From: Candidatus Moraniibacteriota bacterium
GTDB taxonomy: Bacteria; Patescibacteriota; Minisyncoccia; Moranbacterales; JAPLXC01
Direction of reading: 5' to 3'
DNA length: 64,000 nucleotides
Assembly: GCA_026396275.1 (NCBI GenBank)
Contig: JAPLXC010000007.1
Span: forward strand, 37,084-101,083
Part shown: piece by piece, positions 40,001-48,481 of the stretch
Layout: the number at the start of each line of letters is the position of its first letter
Numbering within the stretch: position 1 is the stretch's first letter
The notes under the pieces: model-generated
What the model was told of the DNA's origin: nothing
Seen by the model: the letters and a program-made list of their open reading frames with translations, nothing else
Databases searched by the model: none
Program-made: the position numbers and the translations under genes

Positions 40001-40443
40001 ATCATCTGGCTGACAACAACGCGCTCCACTCCGTTGATTACAAATGTTCCCCGATCTGTCATCACCGGAAAGTCCCCGAGATAAATTTCCTGCTCTTTCA
40101 CTTCACCGGTTTTTTTAACGGTGAGTCGGGCCTTGACCCGAAATGGCGCTTCATAAGAAATATTTTTGTTCTTGGCTGTCAGCTCGTCGCATTTTGGCTC
40201 ATCGAGGTAGTAGTCGCCCAGCTTCAATTCCAAATCTTTCCCCGTAAAATCTTGGATGGGGTTTATTTCGTCCAGCAGCTCTTTGAATCCTTTTTCTAAA
40301 AACCAGCGACAGGAACTGACTTGGGCTTCAATCAGATTAGGCAACGATACCATTAAATGTTTCTTGAAGAATTTTCTCCGAGAAAGCGAAGAAGAAGGAC
40401 CAAAAGTGTCCTTGATTTTTAAGACCTTCTGGTTTGTAAACAT
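37045..40443 (-). CDS. rpoB: RNA polymerase beta subunit
   Basis: GDKLAGRHGNKG, GQRFGEME motifs; exact start uncertain. Confidence 0.99.
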   Translation of the reverse strand: MFTNQKVLKIKDTFGPSSSLSRRKFFKKHLMVSLPNLIEAQVSSCRWFLEKGFKELLDEINPIQDFTGKDLELKLGDYYLDEPKCDELTAKNKNISYEAPFRVKARLTVKKTGEVKEQEIYLGDFPVMTDRGTFVINGVERVVVSQMIRSPGVFFTMEYQKGKKLFGGKIIPNRGAWLEIDTDLEGMISVKIDRKRKVPVTSLLRAFGFGSDEELIRQFSDVDNGEVRYLEVTISRDTAKNQKEGYKEVYKRIRPGDLATEENAKQMVDSMFFDFEKYDFGSVGRYRLNQRLNVDRPDNEENRVLRVEDFILIIKEIIRLNNNPLAKEDDIDHLGNRRIRSMGELVQNKLRVGLARMARNIKDRMSTCDIATVVPGQLINSRPVAAAIKEFFSSSQLSQFMDQVNPLAELEHKRRMSAMGPGGLTRERAGFEVRDVHHSHYGRICPVETPEGPNIGLVGHMATYARINEYGFLETPYIIIAQEVENKPEALANRILNQEIKEAGKAGDFINEELAKKISKTSSKTIKVKPFVTDEIEYLNAVVEDRNIIAHAGIKLDDHRNIIGEFVEARVKGHPEMTEAKKLNYIDVSAKQCVSIATALIPFLEHDDANRALMGSNMQRQAVPCVVPESPIVGTGIEDKAAADSGQVVLAAEEGEIVEVDANHIIVKEKAPSGVKKDYIKREYRLQNFLKSNAFTSMSQIPRAGKGERVKKGQLLADGAATDHGELALGQNVLVALLPWEGYNFEDAIIISERLLQNDRYSSIHIEDFSIDVRDTKLGPEIITRDIPNIGEERLKDLDETGIICIGAEASSGDILVGKITPKGEGDLTPEERLLRAIFGEKSKDVKDSSLYLPHGEHGKVVDIRILSRDQGDKLSTGVIKQIQVSVAQLRKVSVGDKLAGRHGNKGVISRIAPVEDMPYLPDGTPVDVILNPLGVVSRMNIGQILETHLGWAALKLGYKAASPSLDGVPEETIKEELRKAGLPENGKILLINGKTGEYFDSESTVGIMYIMKLNHLVEDKIHMRSIGPYSLITQQPLGGKAQFGGQRFGEMEVWALEGYGAAYTLQEMLTIKSDDVLGRSKAYESIIKGERIKSPNIPASFQVLVNELKGLCLDVELVNAEEKGIAKKEKK

Positions 40444-40775
40444 AAAAACAACTCTCACGAAAATCCTCCCGTTCCGTTTATTTTCTTGAAAACGGGAATG
40501 ATTGCAATGAGATTAAGTAAAGATGTATTTAATTTTTATTGATAGTGAGTATCAAAAGTATCTTGACAAGTATTCTCTTATTATACATGCCTTGGAAAAT
40601 AATGCAAGAAGTAAAGCACTTTTCTTTTACCTTTGGTATAGGAACGATTGTATCATTTCTGCCTGCCTATGTCAAATATGGCTTTAAATAGGCATAATTT
40701 AAAAATCGCGCGTTTACCGGCTGCCTGGTTTCCTGTTCGGGTCTTCTTTTTTCTCTGTCAAGTTATTGACAGTTT

Positions 40776-41057
40776 TTACACGTTTTTGGTTTTGTTTTTT
40801 GTTGCAAAGTTATAGGCCCTGGTTACTGCTTGGGCGATGCGGGAGGTGGTAAAACTTTTGGGAGTATCGGTTTGGACAATAACTTTCTTAATATCTCGCG
40901 GGATTAATTTATTTTTCTTTAACAACTTATCGATTTCTGGGAGCAGTTTTTCGGAAAGATTATAATTCTCGGTAAAAGACAGCCGGCTCAATGTTTTTTT
41001 TCCGTAATATAATTGGATGCTAACCTTTTTATCTTTTATTTTAATTAAAAGCCTCAT
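40776..41057 (-). CDS. Short TsaB-like protein
   Basis: SEKLLPEIDKLL..I.V...PKSFTTSRI resembles the N-terminal half of TsaB. Confidence 0.65.
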   Translation of the reverse strand: MRLLIKIKDKKVSIQLYYGKKTLSRLSFTENYNLSEKLLPEIDKLLKKNKLIPRDIKKVIVQTDTPKSFTTSRIAQAVTRAYNFATKNKTKNV

Positions 41058-41398
41058 TTGCTTTCCGGTTTGATTTTCTTAAATTCATATTCGGCGATTT
41101 CATCAGCAAGACCTTTTAATTTTTCAAGAGAACATTTTTCTGTAACCTTGTTCCAGGCCTCTTTGGAAGAAGGATTTTCAATCCCGTTCTGCTCGGCCAG
41201 TTTTTCAATGATTTTGAATTTCATATTAGAAAAAAAGGCGTCTGTGAATTGGTCTTTATCCGCGCTTCCCTCTAATACTCTTTCAAACAAAGCGGTGACA
41301 GCATCGTAATTGTCATAAACAACTGAATTCATTATTTTCTTCAACCTTAAATCTCCCGTCCGATTGATATCTTCAACGCTAAATTTTTCCTTTTCCAT
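41054..41398 (-). CDS. Hypothetical protein
   Basis: 114-aa ORF with ATGA overlap into the next gene. Confidence 0.7.
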   Translation of the reverse strand: MEKEKFSVEDINRTGDLRLKKIMNSVVYDNYDAVTALFERVLEGSADKDQFTDAFFSNMKFKIIEKLAEQNGIENPSSKEAWNKVTEKCSLEKLKGLADEIAEYEFKKIKPESK

Positions 41399-41435
41399 TT
41401 TTTGAGTTGTTAATGATTATGTAACTTACACGCTT

Positions 41436-41519
41436 GATGTCATTCCGGCCCCTGAGCCGGAATCTAGAATAAAAATAAGGATTATCTACTGGATTCCTGG
41501 TCAAGCCAGGAATGACATC
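41436..41519. repeat. REP-like GTCATTCC...GGAATGAC double-hairpin element
   Basis: GATGTCATTCCGGCCCCTGAGCCGGAATC...GATTCCTGGTCAAGCCAGGAATGACATC. Confidence 0.8.
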
Positions 41520-41547
41520 GAGGGACATTAAATGAACTTTGTGTTTA

Positions 41548-42318
41548 TCAGTTTACTCTATCCCACTCAAAATTCCAAGGATCGGATTTTCTTCCGGATG
41601 CAATCTGATTATGTCCCAGGACATATTTAATTTTATATTTACTACGTAGATATCTCAGTAGATAATTAAGGGAATCATACTGATCATCCGTGAATTTTCC
41701 GCTTTCTTTATTCATCAGCTCAATTCCGATGGAAAAATTGTTGACATCGGTTCTTCCGTCCGGCACTTTGCTTTCTCCCGCGTGGTAGGCAATATTGTTT
41801 TCTGAAACCAGACGATAAATATTTCCCTGGCGGTCAATCAAATAGTGCGACGCCACTCTATACTGCTTGTATTCTTTCAGCAGTCCAGCTAAATCATAAG
41901 GATTTGATCCTAGTGCGTCATAGGAAGAATGGATCACTAGGGTATCAATGGAACGGCTGGCGGACTGCTGATAGCCCCAAGAAACATAGCGAGAAATAAT
42001 AACCGGATTTTCCGTTGTTTTTTTCTTTTCTTCCGGCACTGAATTATTCCCGCCTTTTGGCTGTTGGAATGAGACACTTTCTGATAAAGAATTATCATCA
42101 TCTGGTATTTGAGATACGGCTGGATCGTTTTGCGCTGATTGTTCTTCCGGGGCTTCCGTCTTGCTTCTTTCATTTTCCGGCACAGCCCGGAATTCTTGCT
42201 TGTCCGCTGAAAACCAGGACGTTTGAGTAGCAGCAATATAAATCACCGCTCCTAAGAGCGCGATAAAAACACTGCTAATCAAAAAATTTCTTTTATTTGA
42301 ATTAAAATAACGCATCAC
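41548..42318 (-). CDS. N-acetylmuramoyl-L-alanine amidase (Amidase_2/AmpD-like), membrane-anchored
   Basis: VIH, SHYLIDRQG, AYHAG, NNFSIGIEL, GH..RKSDP. Confidence 0.92.
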   Translation of the reverse strand: MMRYFNSNKRNFLISSVFIALLGAVIYIAATQTSWFSADKQEFRAVPENERSKTEAPEEQSAQNDPAVSQIPDDDNSLSESVSFQQPKGGNNSVPEEKKKTTENPVIISRYVSWGYQQSASRSIDTLVIHSSYDALGSNPYDLAGLLKEYKQYRVASHYLIDRQGNIYRLVSENNIAYHAGESKVPDGRTDVNNFSIGIELMNKESGKFTDDQYDSLNYLLRYLRSKYKIKYVLGHNQIASGRKSDPWNFEWDRVN

Positions 42319-42333
42319 GAATTATTCTAATAC

Positions 42334-43545
42334 TTACCTGTATGTCCCGCGCAGAATTTTATTAATGGCCTCCTCGTCCTTGCAGCGGTAATTGTGGTCG
42401 GGCGAATAAAAATGTTTATCGGGGCCATAACAGCCGTTATTTTCTTTATTCAGCACCGCCAGAAACGGCATAAGAAATCCCATTTTCCGGGAAGAAAAAA
42501 ATTGGTGCAAATTGCTAAGTGTCTTGGCGCGGGTGTTCCTGTCCATTCGGGCGAATATTCCCATATCATCCCATGGCAGACCGCTCCAATCAAGGTGTAA
42601 AATCACGTCATTGGCCCGAAGACGAAAATTATCATGCCACAGTAAAGCCCAGCATCCGCCCTTGCCGCTCAAGCACGGGCCGTTTTCAATTTGACCCTGC
42701 GAATCAATGCCAATACCGCCTTCAATATAGTCAAAAAGCCGCAAATATCTTTCATCAGTGATGCTGTTGGTCTGGGCGCCGATTATAATATCTATACCTA
42801 ATTCATTAGCGTACCGTCGCATTTCACCTAAAACTTTTTCAATATCAGCGGTGTTGCCGCCGGGACGCTCGTCCTGAAGCATAATCTGGCCGAAGAGAAA
42901 CCCTTGAATTCCCAGATTCATCGCCTGACGGGTAATGGAACGGAGGTATCGGCGATACTCCGGCTTTTGAACGCTCGGGATGCAAGTGTGATCGCCCCAC
43001 CGGTTTTCCGATCCCTCCCGGCACATCTGGGAAAAGCCGTAGTCCTTGCCGGTCAGCGGGTCATCATATTCGCCCTTGGCGGAAATGGCTTCTGCCAGAA
43101 ACATTCCGTAGACCATCGGGCGTTTTTCCACTTTCTGCATAATTTCGCTCGCTTTTTCAAAATCCGGCTGATCAAGCCAGGTTTCCAGCGCCCGATGAAG
43201 ATAAGTGCATTCGGAACGGTTGATCAATTTAACCATTTGCTTTGTTTTTCCGCCATACTCTGACAAAAAACCATCAGCCACGCAACCTTTGCTTTTTACC
43301 AGATCCATAGAAATCGGCCCCGGGATATAGCGCCAAGCGGGGGGCTTCGGGGTAGGCGCCGGCTTGGATTGGGGTCGAAACTGAACTATTTCAGTGCTCA
43401 TTTCATTTTTCACCCGTGATGCCTTGCCGACAAGAAACCAGGCGGCAGCGCCAGCCAAAATTATAACCATCGCCAAGGCCACTAGCGGCGGCACGCGCCT
43501 CTTCCAAATTTCCTGTTTTTCATTTGTCCGTAAATCAATGTACAT
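42334..43545 (-). CDS. Membrane-anchored hypothetical protein
   Basis: N-terminal TM, 403 aa, Cys pairs. Confidence 0.75.
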   Translation of the reverse strand: MYIDLRTNEKQEIWKRRVPPLVALAMVIILAGAAAWFLVGKASRVKNEMSTEIVQFRPQSKPAPTPKPPAWRYIPGPISMDLVKSKGCVADGFLSEYGGKTKQMVKLINRSECTYLHRALETWLDQPDFEKASEIMQKVEKRPMVYGMFLAEAISAKGEYDDPLTGKDYGFSQMCREGSENRWGDHTCIPSVQKPEYRRYLRSITRQAMNLGIQGFLFGQIMLQDERPGGNTADIEKVLGEMRRYANELGIDIIIGAQTNSITDERYLRLFDYIEGGIGIDSQGQIENGPCLSGKGGCWALLWHDNFRLRANDVILHLDWSGLPWDDMGIFARMDRNTRAKTLSNLHQFFSSRKMGFLMPFLAVLNKENNGCYGPDKHFYSPDHNYRCKDEEAINKILRGTYR

Positions 43546-43623
43546 AACACCCTATAATTATATACCAAAAATCAAAAAAATCCTTTCGGAGGATTTTTAC
43601 GGATGGAAAATATCTTCAGGATG

Positions 43624-43695
43624 AGCGAGTGATGGGAGTCGAACCCACGTCTTCAGCTTGGAAAGCTGACATAATAGCCGTTATACTACACTCGC
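43624..43695 (-). tRNA. tRNA-Gly(TCC)
   Basis: GCGAGTG/CACTCGC acceptor stem, TCAGC-TTTCCAA-GCTGA anticodon arm, GTTCGAC T-loop; CCA not encoded. Confidence 0.95.
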
Positions 43696-43780
43696 ATTTC
43701 GGCAGGCGGGGAAAGGAGCCGTACTATCATTATACTAATTCCGCTTTTCATTTTGTCCAAAGTATACATATAATATAACT

Positions 43781-44227
43781 ATGGCTACCCTTGCCGTCAA
43801 TAAGCGCGCCCATTTTGATTACGAAATTTCGGATAAATTCGAAGCGGGTTTGGTTTTGACTGGCCAGGAAGTGAAGTCCGCCAAGACCGGTCATATTTCG
43901 CTCAAGGGCAGTTTTGTGACAGTTCACGGCAACGAGTTATATCTTACCAACGCTAATATCCCTCCCTATCGGCATGCGGGCGACGTGAAAAATTACGACC
44001 CGACAAGATCCCGAAAACTGCTGCTCAAAAGGACGGAAATCAAATCACTTATCGGAAAAGCCCGCGTTTCCGGCTTGACGCTGGTGCCGATTCGTGTGTA
44101 TACTAAGAAGCGACTCGTGAAACTGGAATTCGGCGTCGGACGCGGGAAGAAAGAATTTGATAAAAGAGAAAAGATTGCCAAGAGAGAAGTAAAAAGAAGA
44201 ATGGAAAGGGAACTTAAAAATTTCTAA
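43781..44227 (+). CDS. smpB: SsrA-binding protein
   Basis: NKRAHFDY, EAGLVLTGQEVKS, RKLLL, GKKEFDKRE. Confidence 0.97.
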   Translation: MATLAVNKRAHFDYEISDKFEAGLVLTGQEVKSAKTGHISLKGSFVTVHGNELYLTNANIPPYRHAGDVKNYDPTRSRKLLLKRTEIKSLIGKARVSGLTLVPIRVYTKKRLVKLEFGVGRGKKEFDKREKIAKREVKRRMERELKNF

Positions 44228-44282
44228 TTAACCTAGTGTATTAGACATTCCCGCTCGCGGCGCAAAGTGTAGCGATGCGGGC

Positions 44283-44681
44283 GGGGTTGTCTAGCTTCGA
44301 CATTTTGCACTTTAAAAAATTTGCAAACCGATTATGACAGTCATATCGTTAAACTGCCTGTCAAAATTATAAGTGCAAACTTATACTCAAAAGTAAAGGC
44401 CAGCATCGCGCAAGCGTTTGCTCCGGCTTTTGCTACCGCTTTGGCTTAATTTAAGCTTTAGCCATCGGACTATTGACTCCTTATAAATAGCAACCGGTGC
44501 CAACCATAAGGATAGCCCGCCTGATATTTTCTAAGTTAAGCGGGCAAAATTAAATTAGAAATAGATTAAAAAGATTTTGCTTGTTTATTACTTTTTAGTC
44601 AAAATAAATAAACCGGCTAAGTTTGTAGAAAATTTTTTAAAAGCAACAATGGACGCGAGTGCAATTCTCGCCAACTCCACC
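44283..44681 (+). ncRNA. ssrA: tmRNA
   Basis: GGGGTTG..TTCGAC 5' end; CAACTCC-ACC 3' end with G3:U pair; tag ORF 44375-44449 ANLYSKVKASIAQAFAPAFATALA*; next to smpB. Confidence 0.92.
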
Positions 44682-44682
44682 T

Positions 44683-45228
44683 ATGCGCAGACGCTACGGG
44701 TTTCGACCCAAACCAAAACCAATTTCCCCCCAGCACCGGGCCAACGAACGCATCCGCGCCTGGAAGGTGCTGGTTATTGACGAAACCGGAAAAAACCTTG
44801 GGGAGATGGATACTCAAGAAGCGCTGGCTCTTGCCCGCGAGCGGGAGCTTGATTTGGTCGAGGTCTTTCCTAAAGCCGATCCGCCTGTCTGCCGCTTAAT
44901 GGACTTCGGAAAATTCCAGTATCAACAATCAAAACAGGACCGGCTGGCTAAAGCCAAGCAAAAGAAAGTGGAACTCAAAGGAATCCGGATAGGACTGCGC
45001 ACCGACGAGCATGATTTAACTTTCAAAAGAAATCAGGCGGAAAAATTCCTTAACAAGGGAAGCAAAATAAAAATAGAAATTCTGTTAAGAGGAAGGGAAA
45101 AAGCTCACCCGAATTTAGCCAGAGAGAGTTTGCTTAAGTTCATCAAACAAATTCAGACCCCTCATCGGATTGAAGAGGAAATAAAACGCTTTCCGGAGGG
45201 ATTCAATACAATTATCGCTCCGGAATAA
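44683..45228 (+). CDS. infC: Translation initiation factor IF-3
   Basis: ANERIR, DLVEV.P.A.PPVCRLMDFGKF, RGRE motifs; ATG at 44683. Confidence 0.95.
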   Translation: MRRRYGFRPKPKPISPQHRANERIRAWKVLVIDETGKNLGEMDTQEALALARERELDLVEVFPKADPPVCRLMDFGKFQYQQSKQDRLAKAKQKKVELKGIRIGLRTDEHDLTFKRNQAEKFLNKGSKIKIEILLRGREKAHPNLARESLLKFIKQIQTPHRIEEEIKRFPEGFNTIIAPE

Positions 45229-45230
45229 GC

Positions 45231-45313
45231 CATAAAACACGTAACATGAAACATGTAACACAGTAAAGTCGTTAAACGGAAAAATCAAATGTTATATGTT
45301 TTATGTTTCATGA
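45231..45313. repeat. Heptamer-repeat hairpin upstream of rpmI
   Basis: Near-identical to 45521-45611. Confidence 0.85.
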
Positions 45314-45319
45314 ATAATT

Positions 45320-45517
45320 ATGCCTAAACTAAAGACCAATAAAGCAGTTTCAAAGAAAATAAGGGTGACCGGAAGGGGGAAAGCCATGAGGCGCTATACC
45401 AAGCAAAATCATTTTAATTCCCGCGAAACGGGAAAGTTCAAGCGTTTCAAAAGAAAAGATCAGCGGCTTTCTGAATATGACGAAAAGAATGTTTTAAGAG
45501 CCCTGCCATACAATTAA
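45320..45517 (+). CDS. rpmI: 50S ribosomal protein L35
   Basis: MPKLKT..K..TG.GK; infC-rpmI-rplT synteny. Confidence 0.93.
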   Translation: MPKLKTNKAVSKKIRVTGRGKAMRRYTKQNHFNSRETGKFKRFKRKDQRLSEYDEKNVLRALPYN

Positions 45518-45520
45518 AAA

Positions 45521-45611
45521 TCATGAAACACTTAACATGAAACATGTAACAAAGTAAAGTCGTTAAACGGAAAAACCAAATGTTACATGTTATGTGTTTT
45601 ATGCTCCATGA
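45521..45611. repeat. Heptamer-repeat hairpin upstream of rplT
   Basis: Shares the AGTAAAGTCGTTAAACGGAAAAA loop with 45231-45313. Confidence 0.85.
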
Positions 45612-45617
45612 ATAATT

Positions 45618-45965
45618 ATGACTAGAATCAAACGCGGCGTTGCCGCTTCAAAACGAAGAAAAAAAGTCTTAAAAATGGCCAAAGGTTTCCGCTGGCGCCG
45701 AAAATCACACTACCAGGCGGCTAAAGAAGCGCTGCTCAAAGCCGGAAAATATGCCTATCGTGACCGTCGGGCTAAAAAAAGAACGGCAAGATCGCTTTGG
45801 ATTCTGCGTCTCAATAATGCCGTGCGCAACTTCGGCCTCACCTACCGGGAATTTATTAAAATCGCCGGGAGCAAAAAAATTCAGCTGGACCGCAAGGTAT
45901 TGTCCCAGCTGGCTGTTGAACATCCTGCTGTTTTTAAAAAGTTGATTGAAGAGATAAAAAAGTAA
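45618..45965 (+). CDS. rplT: 50S ribosomal protein L20
   Basis: MTRIKRG, YAYRDRR, LWILRLN, LDRKVLSQLA. Confidence 0.97.
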   Translation: MTRIKRGVAASKRRKKVLKMAKGFRWRRKSHYQAAKEALLKAGKYAYRDRRAKKRTARSLWILRLNNAVRNFGLTYREFIKIAGSKKIQLDRKVLSQLAVEHPAVFKKLIEEIKK

Positions 45966-46424
45966 TTATTCCGATTTGGAAAAACTTCCTGCTTCTGCAG
46001 GAAGTTTTTTGTTTCGCCAATTCCGCCACAATAAAAAAAGATTCCAAATTACCAGACCGGCCAATATTCCCAGCGCGTCAATTCCAACATCCAGAATTTT
46101 TCCTTCTCTTCCAGCCACAAAGACCTGATGAATTTCATCTGAAATAGCATAGAGAAGTGAAGCAAAAAATGCCCAATGGTATAATTCGGTCTTTTGGTAA
46201 AAATAATGCATCCTAAAAATACGCAGCCAAAAAACTGCTAAAATGACATATTCAAAAAAATGAGCCCCTTTGCGCTGGGCGTAAAACCAGAAGTCGCGGC
46301 TTCCTGCGTCAGCTGATCCGGAAAGAGAAGAAAAATAAAAAATGATCCCCATCCAGAGTAGAAGGGGTAAATAATAATATAATACCAATCGTCTTTTGTT
46401 ATTTAATAGTGCGTTTTGTTTCAT
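45966..46424 (-). CDS. VanZ family membrane protein
   Basis: WMGIIFYFSS, RKGAHFFEY, YAISDEIHQVFVAGR. Confidence 0.9.
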   Translation of the reverse strand: MKQNALLNNKRRLVLYYYLPLLLWMGIIFYFSSLSGSADAGSRDFWFYAQRKGAHFFEYVILAVFWLRIFRMHYFYQKTELYHWAFFASLLYAISDEIHQVFVAGREGKILDVGIDALGILAGLVIWNLFLLWRNWRNKKLPAEAGSFSKSE

Positions 46425-46602
46425 TGCTCATTCGCAAAATCAATTCCCTGGTTAAATTATACAGGGCGTAAAAAGGAAGCCAGACCCAAAGAATTCTTCT
46501 TAGCCATTTCTCGATAAAAGGATTGGTTCCGCTCATGAAAAAATCAACCAGAAGAAGGACTATAATGATTAATATTGCTATTAGGATAATTAGTGCGGTC
46601 AT
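46399..46602 (-). CDS. Small membrane protein
   Basis: 67 aa, two hydrophobic segments, in operon. Confidence 0.65.
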   Translation of the reverse strand: MTALIILIAILIIIVLLLVDFFMSGTNPFIEKWLRRILWVWLPFYALYNLTRELILRMSNETKRTIK

Positions 46603-46606
46603 AAGA

Positions 46607-47320
46607 TTATTTTATATTATCACTGCTGTTTATTTCATAAATAACGTCCTTTTTTTCTACCACTATTCTCCATTTTTTCTCCTTGGCAATTTTGGTAAGG
46701 TTGTGATTGGGATTAAAAGCAATGGGATGCTCCACCATTTCCAGAAAGCTCACATCTGACTCCGTGTCTCCTATTCCGTAGGAATCCTGCCAGCCGAAAT
46801 TATTCTCAAAAATATATTGCTTGATCACCTGGCCTTTGTTGCGGGTGGGCTCAAAAACCACTCGTCCGGTGTATCTGCCTTGCTTATCGATTTCATAAAC
46901 ACTGCCGAATACCGCGCCAAAATTCAGATGGCGGCGATTGTACTCCTCAACAACCTCCAGGGGCGACCCGGATACAGCTATAATGTGATAATTTTTATTC
47001 TTAAGCTGGCTGATTAGATTTTCAGCAAATATATAGGTGCGATTTTCATGAAACGGCACCACGATCCGGCTGGCTTCCTCCACATCCAATTTCCGGCAAC
47101 CTTTGATATACCGGGAGTAAAGATCAACCAGGGCTTGACGATAGGTCTCATAAGTTCCTTTATGTTCCAGCCAGTCAGTGTATAAGTCAACTAATTGATC
47201 ACGGACCTTATGGGGAAAAATCTTCATCCAGGCCAGCTCATTAATCAATTCAAAATGGAGGTTTTTGCGGAAAATTGTCCCGTCAATGTCAAAAACGGCA
47301 ACTTTATTTTTTTCTTTCAT
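46607..47320 (-). CDS. HAD-IB family hydrolase
   Basis: FDIDGT, VSGS, GDTESD motifs. Confidence 0.9.
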   Translation of the reverse strand: MKEKNKVAVFDIDGTIFRKNLHFELINELAWMKIFPHKVRDQLVDLYTDWLEHKGTYETYRQALVDLYSRYIKGCRKLDVEEASRIVVPFHENRTYIFAENLISQLKNKNYHIIAVSGSPLEVVEEYNRRHLNFGAVFGSVYEIDKQGRYTGRVVFEPTRNKGQVIKQYIFENNFGWQDSYGIGDTESDVSFLEMVEHPIAFNPNHNLTKIAKEKKWRIVVEKKDVIYEINSSDNIK

Positions 47321-47840
47321 ATTTTTCACCTGATTTTTTCTCTAGTGAGTCACGAATTGAAAATCCAACAATTCCCAAAGCGACGGCCACGTTGAGGGAC
47401 TCTTTTTTTCCCCGCATCGGAATTTCAATAATTTTATCGCAGATTTTTAAAATTCTTTTATCAATTCCCAGCGGCTCGTTTCCCACTACGAGAACCAGGG
47501 AAATCCGCGGCTGAAATTTTTCGTAACTAATGCTTTTTTCGTCTTGCTCTATAGCTGCGATGAAGTGTCCTTTCTTTTTAAGCTTTTTTATAAGCGCCGA
47601 GATGTTGCTTACTTTTTCCTAGTGAATGTACTTTTCTGCTCCCAAGGCGGTCTTGGCAATCATTTTTCGGGCTTGGCTGTGATAGAGCGCCTTGCCAGCC
47701 GAGGGGGATGGAGTATAACCGGAGAGATAAATCCTGCTTGTTCCCATTCCGTCAGCCGTGCGAAATATGGCTCCGACGTTGTAGGCACTGCGAATATTGT
47801 GGGCGATGATGTAAACCTCTTCTCCGGCTGGATGTTTCAT
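47304..47840 (-). pseudogene. TrmH/SpoU family RNA methyltransferase interrupted by in-frame TAG
   Basis: NIRSAYNVGAIFRTAD; TAG at 47619-47621; same frame continues to GNE..IPMRGKKESLNVAVA. Confidence 0.85.
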
Positions 47841-48072
47841 AGTTTTTTTATGAACCTCCGCAAGCTTACGCATTCGGTATTTTCTGAATCTTTGGCGGAG
47901 TGAAATCCGCCGAAGCAGAAGATGCATCTTCGCATTATCCCCTGGCTCACGCCCGAGGTCTTCTGCGAAGGCGGATAAAAACAGAATTTTCAAGAACAAG
48001 AGAAACGCAGAAAATTATTTTCTCGTTGAAGTAATTAATGAGATAATTTGGTAAATTATCATGCTTAAAAAA

Positions 48073-48261
48073 TTAGGCACCTGGAGCTTGACGCTCGCCA
48101 AAATAAAGCGCGTATACTGCTAAAGCAATGGCTATAAGTATCCACTGCGTGCCGGCCAGCCAGAGATTAATCTGAAAAACGGAAACAACAGTTGCGGCGA
48201 CCAGCGCCACGACTGAAAGCCAAAAAGCGATTGTCGCAAAAGTTTTTGTGTTCTGCATCAT
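48073..48261 (-). CDS. Small 2-TM protein
   Basis: AAGGAGGTG SD; 62 aa hydrophobic. Confidence 0.75.
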   Translation of the reverse strand: MMQNTKTFATIAFWLSVVALVAATVVSVFQINLWLAGTQWILIAIALAVYALYFGERQAPGA

Positions 48262-48481
48262 TTTTCACCTCCTTTCGCGAATTTTATCAAAATTTATAAT
48301 TTTGTTATAAAATTCAGCGTCCCGCTTCTTTTCTTTAATCAATCTATTTATTGCCACAATTTCAGGCGTAGCCGTTCCGCGCCTCTGATATGGAACGCCC
48401 TAAGCTTATTTCGGAAAAGAGGCAGGACTTGTCATATATTCCTTCCTCTATTTTACCACATATTTGCTCTTTTGGTAGTTA

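Noticed and set aside
44659-44682. GTG start for infC as given in the ORF track
   Set aside because: It lies inside the tmRNA T-arm and acceptor stem; ATG 44683 is preferred.
32393-47621. Stop-codon recoding (code 25 or TAG reassignment) to explain two in-frame stops
   Set aside because: TGA and TAG end normal genes here (efp TGA, ftsK TAG), and long genes such as rpoB, rpoC and uvrA have no internal stops.
47841-47999. N-terminal extension of the TrmH ORF
   Set aside because: It translates a TCCGCC...GGCGGA palindromic repeat cluster.
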